A stretch of DNA of 64,000 nt. Origin: an uncultured Acidobacteriota bacterium. GTDB taxonomy: Bacteria > Acidobacteriota > UBA6911 > RPQK01 > JAPXNP01. The notes beneath the pieces are model-generated. The model was not told where the DNA came from. It made no database searches and saw only the letters and a program-made list of their open reading frames with translations. Numbering within the stretch: position 1 is the first letter of the stretch; each line of letters opens with the position of its first letter. The stretch is taken from assembly GCA_963777605.1 (NCBI GenBank), contig CAVZRV010000031.1:384001-448000 (forward strand), read 5' to 3'. The position numbers were made by a program, and so were the translations under genes. This document shows positions 20,333 to 29,884 of this stretch, one piece after another.

Positions 20333-21823
20333 TCATTCTTTGATTTTCCTGAGCACCTCCATCAGTTCCCTGACCCGATCCGGCTCTTTCTGAGCGACGT
20401 TCCGGGTTTCTCCCGGGTCTTCGTCCAGATTGTAGAGTTGCACCTGGGAGTCATTTCCAAGTTCGGTATTGGTATTGCGGTTTATCTTTGGCCCGTTGTT
20501 CGGCTCGATCACCTTCCAGGTTCCGCTGCGGAGGGAGAGCGACCCGGCGTGCTCAACCAGCGTGGAGCGCCCCGTCCGGGATTCACCAAGAAGGGCCGGC
20601 AGGACGTTGAGGCTGTCGGGGGCAGCCCCCTTCGGAACCGACGAATCGACCAGGGCAGCCAGGGAAGCAGGAAAATCAACCTGGCCCACGAGAGCGTCGG
20701 AAACTCCCGGCTTGACCCGTTGCGGCCATCTCACGATCAGGGGGACTCTCGTGCCGCCTTCGAAATTGCTATACTTGCCGCCCCGGAATGGACCTGCCGA
20801 CCGGTGGCCACCCAGCTTCTCGACGGACTCGTCCTTATACCCATCGTCGATCACCGGGCCATTGTCACTGGTGAAAATCACCAGGGTGTTGTCGGACAGG
20901 TCGAGGCGATCGAGCGTCCGAAGAATAACTCCCACGGCGTCGTCCAGCTCGGCTATGGCATCGCCGCGCGGACCCATCTTGCTGGCTCCCACAAAACGAG
21001 CGTTGGGAACCCTGGGGACGTGGATGTCATGCGTGGAGAAATAGAGGAAGAAAGGGTGATCTGCGTTCTCTTCGATGAAAACACGGGCATGTCTCGTGAT
21101 CCGGTCGGCGATATTCTCGTCAACCCAACGCGCCGAGTTCCCGCCGCTCATGTACCCAATCCGGCTGATCCCATTGACAATCGTCATGTCGTGGCCGTGG
21201 CTGGGATGCATCTTGAGCATTTCGGGATGCTCGCGGCCGGTAGGGTCATTTCCGATCGGCCCTTCGAAGCTCACCTGAACCGGATCGCGCCGATCAAGTC
21301 CAACGATTCGGCGGTTCTCGATAAAGACGCAGGGCACCCGGTCACCGGTCGCGGGGATCAGAAAAGCGTAGTCGAACCCCAGCTCGAGGGGCCCGGGGCG
21401 GATATCGCCATTCCAGTCGATCGGCCCATCTCCGAGGCCCAGGTGCCACTTTCCCACGACCCCGGTCCGGTAACCCTGATCGTGAATCAACGATGCCAGG
21501 GTCGGTCGGTTCGGGTCAATGATGAGATTGGCATCGCCACGCGCGACACCGGTTCCTTCCTTCCGCCAAGCGTATCGTCCCGTCAGCATGGCGTAGCGGG
21601 ACGGCGTGCAGGTCGCCGATCCTGAATGGGCATCGGTAAAGCGCAGGCCCTGTTCCGCCAGGCGGTCCAGGTTGGGCGTCTGAACCCGGGTCGCGCCGTA
21701 GCTGCCAAGGTCGCCGTAGCCAATGTCGTCGGCATAAATCAAAACGATGTTGGGTGCGCCTCCGGCCAGCGCCAAAGTCGCGCAACTGATAAAGGCTGCA
21801 ACGAGCACAATCGAACGGATCAT
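20333..21823 (-). CDS. Arylsulfatase (formylglycine-dependent)
   Basis: PNIVLIYADDIGYGD, CTPSRYAMLTG, GKWHLG, FTSDNG, GGTRVP, LYNL..DPGE. Confidence 0.95.
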   Translation of the reverse strand: MIRSIVLVAAFISCATLALAGGAPNIVLIYADDIGYGDLGSYGATRVQTPNLDRLAEQGLRFTDAHSGSATCTPSRYAMLTGRYAWRKEGTGVARGDANLIIDPNRPTLASLIHDQGYRTGVVGKWHLGLGDGPIDWNGDIRPGPLELGFDYAFLIPATGDRVPCVFIENRRIVGLDRRDPVQVSFEGPIGNDPTGREHPEMLKMHPSHGHDMTIVNGISRIGYMSGGNSARWVDENIADRITRHARVFIEENADHPFFLYFSTHDIHVPRVPNARFVGASKMGPRGDAIAELDDAVGVILRTLDRLDLSDNTLVIFTSDNGPVIDDGYKDESVEKLGGHRSAGPFRGGKYSNFEGGTRVPLIVRWPQRVKPGVSDALVGQVDFPASLAALVDSSVPKGAAPDSLNVLPALLGESRTGRSTLVEHAGSLSLRSGTWKVIEPNNGPKINRNTNTELGNDSQVQLYNLDEDPGETRNVAQKEPDRVRELMEVLRKIKE

Positions 21824-21832
21824 CGCCCCATG

Positions 21833-21856
21833 GTAGGGCAACCGTCCGCGATTGTC
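21833..21856 (+). repeat. GTAG-type REP-like palindrome
   Basis: GTAG-GGCAACCG-TCCG-CGATTGTC; resembles 24636-24692. Confidence 0.55.
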
Positions 21857-21875
21857 TCGTGGATTGGAGAACATT

Positions 21876-23065
21876 TCACGGGACGCTCAGCGTTAGTTGC
21901 TGTTCCTTAATCCGATTCTCCATCTCGCCCCGAGCACAGTAGAGTTGTTCGTAAAGCATGCGGGCGTCGTGTTCAGAGCCGAGCGAGGTGACGATGAAAC
22001 GGGGATTGGAGCCTTTGGCCAGGTGCTCGGCTTTGCCGATCACGCGCCGGGAGCGACTCCAGCTGTTGCGGGTCTGATACTGGAAATCGGCAAAGTATCG
22101 GGCGGGCAGGCCGGAGTGAGTATGATCGTGAGCGGCTTGTTCCAGCAGGGGCGCCAACTCGTCCACCAACCGCTGGTTGCGGGCCAGTCCGAAGATGAAA
22201 TCGACATCGTGCTGTTCCGACCAGGCCATCAACTCCTCGCGGGCAAACCCGCTGTCGGCACGGAGCACGATTCGGACCTCCGGCCAGGCGTGACGCAGTA
22301 AAGCCACGATCGCCTCCACTTCCTCGACGGTTCCCGACGAGGCATCCCGATTGGAAGTTCGCAACCGGGCGCAAAGGGGGAACCCATCGTCGGTGAAGAT
22401 GTACAGCGGAAGATAGCAGTAGTTGTGGTAGTAGCCGTGAAAGAAGGCGCCTTCCTGACGGCCGTGTAGCGGATCGTCGGTCGCATCCAGATCGAGGATC
22501 AACTCCTGCGGCGCTTCGGGGTGAGTCGCCACATAGAGCTCAACCCAGAATCGGCGGACCGCCTCGGGATCCACGGCGATCTTCTTATAGAGGTCCTGCC
22601 CATCGGTGGTCAGTTCGAGCCGGTTCAGCGTGCTCTTGCCGGCCAGGGGGCGCTCGGGCTCACCCAGCAGCGCCGCCAGCAAAGGATCCTGCCGCAGTTC
22701 GTCGTGGTCGTTCAGATCCTCGTAACCCAGCGCCAGCCCAAAGACCCGCTGACGCAACAGACGGAGCAAGGGATGGCGGACATAGCGGGGATCCCGATGA
22801 TCCATAAAACACTGGGCCCAACGCTCCATCAACCGGCTGCGGCGATCCGTCTCGGCCAGCAGGAGAACGCCCCCGTCTGAGACGATGCTTCCACCGTTGA
22901 ACTGGGCAGTGATCTGGCGTCGATTCGGACCTTGTAAATGGACTCGGTTGGGATTACACTCTGAACTCATAAGGGCGGCTTCCTCTTCTGATCTAAATCC
23001 TTGTAGCAAAAAGACTTATATCAGAGAGGGCTGCCCTTTTTTGCGTCATTCTTGAGAAATGCGGG
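21876..23065 (-). mobile_element. IS1380-family element, 3'-truncated transposase (CDS ~22970 to 21876)
   Basis: SDGGVLLL, GYEDLNDHD.LR.DP, LDLDATDDPLHG.QEG.FFHGYY, RADSGF, YCARGEMENRIKEQQL then an abrupt stop; left end CCCGCATTTCTCAAG. Confidence 0.9.
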
Positions 23066-23147
23066 TTAGACGGGACGTTTCAGCAACTTGGGAGGGTTTG
23101 CGTCACGCCCTGCATGCGAGGCTGCCTCATGCGGCAAGCGAGGACCC

Positions 23148-24491
23148 CTACTCTTCCGGGGGCGTGGGGAACGAACTGGCAGCCTGCATCCCCTGGGCGA
23201 CTTCCCGAATGATGCCCAGTTCAACGTAGATCGGGCGAACCAGGGTGCGCAGATGCGACAGTTGAGAGGCAAACCAGGCGGCTCCCGCCAGGCAGAAGAC
23301 ACCCGAAATGAGCAGGGTTTCGGGCGCGCCGATCTTGTCTGCAAGCATCCCCGAGATCAGGCTGCCGAAGGGGGCCATCCCGAGGAAGGCCACCGCGTAA
23401 TAGCTCATGACCCGCCCACGCCGCTCATCCGGAATGATGGTCTGGAGGATGGTATTGCTGGAGGCCATCTGCATCATCATCCCAAAACCGGTTCCAAGCA
23501 TCAGGATCAAGGACAGCCAGAGCATCCGGGACAACGCAAACCCGAGCAGCGCGAATCCGAAAACCGCTGCCGCAATCGGGATCATCTTCCCAAGGCCTCG
23601 CACCGACCTGCGCGCGGCCAGAGTAGCGGCCCCCACCAGGGCACCGACGCCGGAGCCCGCCATCAGAAAACCGAGAGTATGCGGCCCCCCGTGGAGCACT
23701 TCCACGGCAAATATCGGCATCAAAACGCTGTAGGGCATCCCGAACAGGCTCATCAGCGCCAACAGCAGGAGGATCGACCTGACCGGGGGAAAGCTGGAAA
23801 CATACTGCCATCCTTCCTTCAATTCGGTGAACATCCTGGTCCGCTTGGGGACGGCCTGGGCCGGCAACCCGCTCATCGCAAGCAATGACCCGATCACGGC
23901 AACATAGCTCAAGCCATCCGCGAGGAAGCAGTACCCTTCCCCCACGGCGGCGATCAGAAATCCGGCGATCGAGGGTCCGATCAACCGGGCCAGGTTGACG
24001 ATCGAAGAGTTGAGAGCAATGGCGTTTCCCAAGTCCTGCCTGTCTTTCACCATCTGGACGACAAACGCCTGCCGGGTCGGCATGTCGAACGAATTGATCA
24101 GCCCCTGGAAAACACTCAGGGCGATGATCTGAGGCACCGATATCACGTCGCTCAGGGCCAGTGCCGCGAGCGTCAGCGATTGCACCATGGCCAGGACCTG
24201 GGTGATGACCAGGAGCTTGTGCCGGTTCAGGCGATCGATCCAGACGCCGGCGAAGGGAGAGATCAGGAACGTGGGCACCTGACCGGCAAAACCGACCACC
24301 CCGAGGAGGAAGGCGGATCCGCTGAGACGATACACCAGCCATCCGGTGGCAACTCGGGTCATCCAGGTTCCGATCAGAGAGATGCTCTGCCCGCCGAAGA
24401 AGAGACGGTAGTTCCGATTCCTCAGCGCCCTGAGGGCAAAAATCAGCCCCCGCTGTCCATCACCGCTCCTCTGTTCAGCCTGCTGATCCAT
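23148..24491 (-). CDS. MFS transporter (DHA3/EntS-like)
   Basis: ALRNRNYRLFFGGQSISLIGTWM, FDMPTRQAFV, NAIALNS, RGRVMS; 12 hydrophobic segments. Confidence 0.92.
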   Translation of the reverse strand: MDQQAEQRSGDGQRGLIFALRALRNRNYRLFFGGQSISLIGTWMTRVATGWLVYRLSGSAFLLGVVGFAGQVPTFLISPFAGVWIDRLNRHKLLVITQVLAMVQSLTLAALALSDVISVPQIIALSVFQGLINSFDMPTRQAFVVQMVKDRQDLGNAIALNSSIVNLARLIGPSIAGFLIAAVGEGYCFLADGLSYVAVIGSLLAMSGLPAQAVPKRTRMFTELKEGWQYVSSFPPVRSILLLLALMSLFGMPYSVLMPIFAVEVLHGGPHTLGFLMAGSGVGALVGAATLAARRSVRGLGKMIPIAAAVFGFALLGFALSRMLWLSLILMLGTGFGMMMQMASSNTILQTIIPDERRGRVMSYYAVAFLGMAPFGSLISGMLADKIGAPETLLISGVFCLAGAAWFASQLSHLRTLVRPIYVELGIIREVAQGMQAASSFPTPPEE

Positions 24492-24519
24492 CGTTCATAC
24501 AGGAGTTTATCGAAAGTGG

Positions 24520-24692
24520 CACGGATGGAGCGTCTGGCTACGTTGGGGAAGCTCTTTCAGGCTGTCTCCAGCCGGCCGACTCCCTGGACGCGGCGATCTT
24601 GCTACTGGCATTGGTGGAGGGACAGATTCCCCAATGCAAGCGAGGACGCTTGCCCTACCGTGGTGACCGTAGGACAATCCTTCCAGGTTGTC
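24520..24692. repeat. Cluster of GTAG-type REP palindromes
   Basis: 24636-24658 reverse complement = GTAG-G-GCAAGCG-TCCT-CGCTTGC; 24669-24692 GTAG-GACAATCCT-TCC-AGGTTGTC; degenerate units near 24520-24568. Confidence 0.7.
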
Positions 24693-24819
24693 TCTTGAAC
24701 CCGGCTCCGACTTCGATTGGCTGCCTGCCCGGGCGCGGGAAGGTTGCCACAGGGCCAGGTCGGTCAACTGGGGCACAAGGCAAGCGGGGACGCTGGTCCT
24801 GCGGCGGGAGGCTGCAATC

Positions 24820-25665
24820 ATGGAAATCGGGTTTCATACCGACGCTTTCAACTCGAGCTACTGGAACTTCGAACAGTGCCTCCAGTGGGCCCAGAAAAAC
24901 GACGTTCACTTCATCGAATGCGGAACGATCGACGGGGTCAGCTGGATTCACGGACTCGGATATCAACCCCATGTTGCACTGTGGGAGGACCCCCTGCTGC
25001 TACGCCGCAAGATGGACGGCTACGGCGTCGCGTTTTCCCAGCTGGATGCCGCTTTCCCCCTTTCCCTGCCCGAGGGGGCCACGATTGGAGTCGAATACAT
25101 TCTGAACTCAATCCGTTGGTCCAGTCTCGTCGGCTGCCCCTGCATCGACACGACCGATGACCGAAATCGCCCCGCTGGGATGACCGATCGGGAGGCTCTC
25201 GACCACTTGCGGCGCTGCTACGGTCCGGTGATTCGTGCAGCCGAACGGTATGGACTCACCATCAACGTGGAGCCGCACGGGTTCTACACGACGAAGCCCG
25301 AGTTCATGGAAGAGATCCTGTCTTTCTACGATTCCCCCAATTTCAGGATGAACATGGACACGGGGAACACGTTCATCGCCGGACAGGACCCGGTTGCTTT
25401 TCTCGAGCGATTCAAGGATCGCCTCGGGCACGTGCACATGAAAGACGTCAGTGAAAGCCTGGCCGCATCAGCCCGGGGTGATCTGACCGGGATCGCGGTC
25501 AGTCACTGTGCCATTGGTGAAGGGGTCAACGCCGGGAACATCCGTCAATGCGTCTCGATTCTGAAACGAATCGACTACCCGGGAGTCATCAGCCTGGAGT
25601 GTGAGGGCCAGGGAGGCCCGATGCTGGAGAGGAGCCTGAACTGGGCTCGGGAGGTGCTGTCATGA
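24820..25665 (+). CDS. Sugar phosphate isomerase/epimerase (AP endonuclease 2 TIM barrel)
   Basis: NVEPHG, MDTGN, HVHMKD, SLECE metal ligands; GGAGG RBS. Confidence 0.88.
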   Translation: MEIGFHTDAFNSSYWNFEQCLQWAQKNDVHFIECGTIDGVSWIHGLGYQPHVALWEDPLLLRRKMDGYGVAFSQLDAAFPLSLPEGATIGVEYILNSIRWSSLVGCPCIDTTDDRNRPAGMTDREALDHLRRCYGPVIRAAERYGLTINVEPHGFYTTKPEFMEEILSFYDSPNFRMNMDTGNTFIAGQDPVAFLERFKDRLGHVHMKDVSESLAASARGDLTGIAVSHCAIGEGVNAGNIRQCVSILKRIDYPGVISLECEGQGGPMLERSLNWAREVLS

Positions 25666-27161
25666 AGTGGCTCGCAGGAATCGGACTTGCGCTGGCAATA
25701 TCGATCGGGCCGGGATTCGGCCAGGCCGCAAAACGCGAACCGATTCGGGTCCTGATCGTCACCGGGGAGGCTGATCTCCCCTATCACGTCTGGCAGGAGA
25801 CGACGGCTTCCATGCGGAGAATCCTGGACGCGTCGGGCCGTTTCGATGTCCGAACCAACGAGGAACCACGAGGGATCACCGCCGCAGCCCTCAAGGGGTA
25901 TCAGGTCCTCGTCCTGAACTACAACGGGCCCCGCTGGCCGAAAGAGGCCGAAGACGCCGTGGAACGGTTCATCCACAACGGCGGGGGCTTCGTGGCCGTT
26001 CACCAGGCCAGCTACGGCGCCTTCTTTGGGCAGGAGATGCGGGACGGTCACTGGCAGGCCGGCCCTGAAGGATCAGGCTGGGCCGCGTTTCCTGAAATCA
26101 TCGGAGCGCGTTGGGCCCCGGAAGACATCGGACACGCCCGGCGCACCGTCTTCCAGGTTGACTGGAAAGATTCCAATCAGGCGCTCTGCGCTGGCCTGCC
26201 GCCGTCTTTCATGGCCAACGACGAGCTCTATCACAAGATGCAACTCGGCCCCCGGGCACAGGTCCTCGCGGACGCAATGAGTCCAGCGGACCTGGGCGGA
26301 ACCGGCAGGAGAGAGCCGCTGGTCTGGGCCAACCAGTTTGGAAAAGGGAGGGTCGTCTTTACGCCCCTTGGCCACGATGCTCTTGCCTGGTACGAACCCG
26401 GAATGGCCAACCTGCTCACCCGAAGTGTGGAATGGGCGGCAACAGGTACCGGAACGGTTTCGCCCGTCTCGCGGGAGCATCGAGCCGGTGACCCGTCTCC
26501 GATTCGACTTCTGGTAGTGACCGGAGGCCACACTTACCCGGTTGCGTTTTACGCGATGATCGAGAGCCTGCCCGGGGTCGTTTGGACGCACGCCACCAGC
26601 CAGCAGGAGGCCTTTGCGAGCTCGATCGAAGACCGCTTCGATGCCGTCCTCCTTCACGACATGTACGAGGTCACCACAGAGCAGACCCGGGAACACCTGA
26701 AATCCTTCATCGAGTCGGGAAAGGGCGTGCTGTCCCTCCATCACTCTATTGTCGACTACACCGACTGGCCCTGGTGGTACCAGGAGGTCACCGGCGGGAA
26801 GTACTTCGTCAACGCTGACGGACGACACACTGCAAGCAGCTATCGGGAAGGCCTCGATTTCCAGGTGACTCCGATCCCGGGCAAGGGAGACCACCCGGTC
26901 CTTCGCGGTGTCGGGCCCCTCTGGGTTAACGACGAACTTTACAAGGGGATGGAACACTCCGCCGCCATCGAAGTGTTGATGGAAACGACTCACCCGGATA
27001 ATGATCGGCCGGTAGTTTATGTTGGTCCCTGTCAAACGGCCCGCGTCGTCTACGTCCAACTGGGCCACTCCGCGGACACGATGAACAATCCCGGATTTCG
27101 CCGGCTGATTTCCAATGCCGTCCACTGGATCGCCCGCAAACCGGTTTCCGAAGCTCAGTAG
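25662..27161 (+). CDS. Secreted protein with two tandem ThuA-like domains
   Basis: Domain 1: VLIVTG..GGGFVAVH..DELY..GKGRVVFTPLGH; domain 2: LLVVTGGH..GKGVLSLHH..DELY..RVVYVQLGH. Confidence 0.85.
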   Translation: MKWLAGIGLALAISIGPGFGQAAKREPIRVLIVTGEADLPYHVWQETTASMRRILDASGRFDVRTNEEPRGITAAALKGYQVLVLNYNGPRWPKEAEDAVERFIHNGGGFVAVHQASYGAFFGQEMRDGHWQAGPEGSGWAAFPEIIGARWAPEDIGHARRTVFQVDWKDSNQALCAGLPPSFMANDELYHKMQLGPRAQVLADAMSPADLGGTGRREPLVWANQFGKGRVVFTPLGHDALAWYEPGMANLLTRSVEWAATGTGTVSPVSREHRAGDPSPIRLLVVTGGHTYPVAFYAMIESLPGVVWTHATSQQEAFASSIEDRFDAVLLHDMYEVTTEQTREHLKSFIESGKGVLSLHHSIVDYTDWPWWYQEVTGGKYFVNADGRHTASSYREGLDFQVTPIPGKGDHPVLRGVGPLWVNDELYKGMEHSAAIEVLMETTHPDNDRPVVYVGPCQTARVVYVQLGHSADTMNNPGFRRLISNAVHWIARKPVSEAQ

Positions 27162-27174
27162 GAAGGAGCGCCAA

Positions 27175-28476
27175 ATGATTGAATCGCTGGATAGAACTCA
27201 AGTGTCAAGAAGGAGTTTTCTAAAAGCTTCCTCGGGCGTGATGACATTGCCCTTCCTCCCGGGAGCTTACGCCGAGGGCAGCGACCTCGTCAGGATCGGG
27301 GTCATCGGCTGCGGCGGCAGAGGGATCGGAGCAGCGATGAATGCCATGACCGCCGACCCGGCGGTCCGAATCGTCGCACTGGCCGACTTGCTGCCGAACC
27401 GTGTCCAGGAGCAGCGGGCGGCCATCCGAGAAAGGTATCCGGAGCAGGTTGACGTCCCCGATGATCGCTGCTTTGCCGGCTTCGCCGGCTACAAGTCAGT
27501 CATCGAGTCTTCGGACGTGGTCATTATCGCCAACGCAGCCAAGTTCCATCCCATGCACCTGATGGCGGCGGTGCAGGCCGGCAGACACGTCTTCGTCGAG
27601 AAGCCCCACGCTGTTGACCCGGCCGGTGCCAAGGCCGCCCGCTCTGCCTGCGAACTGGCCAAAGAGAAAGGGCTCTCGGTGGTGTCGGGGCTGCAGAGCC
27701 GGTTTCACCCCGGCTACCGGGAGACCATGCAGAGAGTACATGACGGAGCCATCGGGGACATTGTCGCGATCCAGGAAACCTGGCTGCGTCCTCCCTACGT
27801 ACTCCGGGAACGGGTCCCCGGAATGAGCGAGATCCTGCACCAGGGCTCCAACCAGTACCACTTCAACTGGCTTTCCGGTGACGACGTTCCCCAGACCCTG
27901 ATCCACAACCTCGACCGCTCGAGTTGGGCTCTCCGCGACGGGTCTCCCATATCAGCCTACGGGATGGGAGGGCGCTCCACTCTCCACGGAGAGATCTACG
28001 GAAACGTCTTCGATCACCACTCGGTCGTCTACCGGTTCCCGGACGGCGTCCGGGTCTACGCGCTGTGCCGGACGATCGACAACTGCTACGAGGAAAACTC
28101 CAGCACGATTCTCGGAACCAAGGGCCAGTGCGACCTGCTGAAGCTACGCATCGAGGGGGAGACCAACTGGCAGCACCCCGGAGTGGGCGAAGACGGGAAC
28201 CCCTATGTCCTGGAACATGTCGCCCTGATCAAGTCGATTCGGGAGAACCGGCCGATCAACAGTGGGAACCACATGGTTCGAAGTACCCTCATCGCCATGA
28301 TGGGCCAGTTCAGCTGTTACACCGGCCAGCAAGTGACCTGGGACGCGATCAGCCGGTCGGACTTCTACTTTTCTCCCCGGCCGGACGAGTGCAATGAGGC
28401 CACGGATCCTCCCGTTGAACCCGGGCCCGACGGGACCTACCCCGTGCCGGTCCCCGGCAAAACGCGGTTGCTTTAA
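27175..28476 (+). CDS. Tat-exported Gfo/Idh/MocA oxidoreductase
   Basis: SRRSFLK Tat motif; IGCGGRG; HVFVEKP. Confidence 0.9.
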   Translation: MIESLDRTQVSRRSFLKASSGVMTLPFLPGAYAEGSDLVRIGVIGCGGRGIGAAMNAMTADPAVRIVALADLLPNRVQEQRAAIRERYPEQVDVPDDRCFAGFAGYKSVIESSDVVIIANAAKFHPMHLMAAVQAGRHVFVEKPHAVDPAGAKAARSACELAKEKGLSVVSGLQSRFHPGYRETMQRVHDGAIGDIVAIQETWLRPPYVLRERVPGMSEILHQGSNQYHFNWLSGDDVPQTLIHNLDRSSWALRDGSPISAYGMGGRSTLHGEIYGNVFDHHSVVYRFPDGVRVYALCRTIDNCYEENSSTILGTKGQCDLLKLRIEGETNWQHPGVGEDGNPYVLEHVALIKSIRENRPINSGNHMVRSTLIAMMGQFSCYTGQQVTWDAISRSDFYFSPRPDECNEATDPPVEPGPDGTYPVPVPGKTRLL

Positions 28477-28491
28477 CCTGGAACTTCACAA

Positions 28492-29766
28492 TCAGAGAAA
28501 AAACATGGCCAGTACGCCTGTGACAGCTATGGCGAAGGTCGCTGGAACGACCCGTTTCTTGAGTGCCGTCCCGCCGAGGGCTACAACGAAGCCACACTTG
28601 ACGAAGGTGTTCGCCAGCGAGGCCAGCGTGATTGCGTAGACAGCCGTGACCGGATCTCCCCCTGCCTTGGCGAACTTCGCCATCGATAACGTGATGGCAT
28701 CGACATCGGTCAGCCCGGCCAGGATTGACACCAGGTAGAGTCCGCCGGAGGAGAATCTCTGTTCCACAACCTTGACGACAAGCAGGGTTATCGCGAACAG
28801 GAGACCGAACTTCGCCGCCTTGGAGAGACTGAAGGGGTTCTTCAACGGGACGTCGCGAGACGGCCCGGCGGACTGAGCGCGCGAGGATGCTCCCTGCCGG
28901 TAGAAGTAAGCGGCAGCCCCAAGTCCGATCACGCTCATAGCCGCAAATGGCACGGCAATCCTCGAGACCAGAGCAGGGTGCACGACTGCCACTTCCACGA
29001 CCACGCGTACGAACATCACTCCCCACGCGATCATGATGCCGATAGCGAATACATCCCCGGCGTTCGGCTGGGCCGACTCTTTTCCGCCGCGCGCGAACGA
29101 AAGGGTCACCGCCGTCGATGACACCAGCCCGCCGGTCAGTCCGGTCAGGGCCGTTCCCCTGCCGGGACCGAGCCAGCGCGTGGCCAGGTAACCGACGAGG
29201 GAGAGCGATGAAATCAAAATCACCAACAGCCACAGCGAATAGGGGTTCAATGCGCCCCAGGGGTCCAGGGTGTGGTTCGGGAGCAGCGGCAGGACAATGA
29301 AGGTGGCAATCAACAGGCGGAGTCCGGCGTAAATGTCGTCCCGGCCAAGAGCGGAGACGACCCCATGCATCGGCTCTTTGTAGGCCAGCACGGCCGCCGT
29401 GAGGATCCCCAGCACCACGGCCAACTCCGGGTATCCGAGCATCGTCATGCCGCCGAGGAGGCAGACACAAAAGGCTCCCACCTCGGTCGTCAGTCCGATC
29501 GATTCCGGCCTGACCCGTGCATTCACGATGTATCCGGCGATCAGGGCCCCCGCCACGATGGGAAGGGTAGCGATGAAAAGCCAGGGAGTTCCGATTTTGG
29601 CTCCAAGCCACGCCGAAACGGCTCCGGCCATGGCCAGCAGAATGAAGGTCCTGAGCCCGCTGGCACCAACCCGGTCTTCCCCCCGCTTGTGTTTTTCCCG
29701 CTCAGCGCCCACCAGGGCGCCAATCAGCAACGCAATCGCAAAATCCCGGAGGGTACTCAACTCCAT
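28492..29766 (-). CDS. MgtC/SapB + DUF4010 membrane protein
   Basis: IALLIGALVGAERE, GLRTF, GLTTE, GGLVSSTAVT, GLTDVDAITLS. Confidence 0.9.
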   Translation of the reverse strand: MELSTLRDFAIALLIGALVGAEREKHKRGEDRVGASGLRTFILLAMAGAVSAWLGAKIGTPWLFIATLPIVAGALIAGYIVNARVRPESIGLTTEVGAFCVCLLGGMTMLGYPELAVVLGILTAAVLAYKEPMHGVVSALGRDDIYAGLRLLIATFIVLPLLPNHTLDPWGALNPYSLWLLVILISSLSLVGYLATRWLGPGRGTALTGLTGGLVSSTAVTLSFARGGKESAQPNAGDVFAIGIMIAWGVMFVRVVVEVAVVHPALVSRIAVPFAAMSVIGLGAAAYFYRQGASSRAQSAGPSRDVPLKNPFSLSKAAKFGLLFAITLLVVKVVEQRFSSGGLYLVSILAGLTDVDAITLSMAKFAKAGGDPVTAVYAITLASLANTFVKCGFVVALGGTALKKRVVPATFAIAVTGVLAMFFL

Positions 29767-29884
29767 CGGTGACTCTCTTCCCGGCCCGGAACGCACTCTC
29801 GCCGGGCCGGGTCATCTTCCATCTCAGGAACAAGATGGCACAGCGGGATACAGGGCGCAATAGCGCCGACTGCAGGATGCTCAG

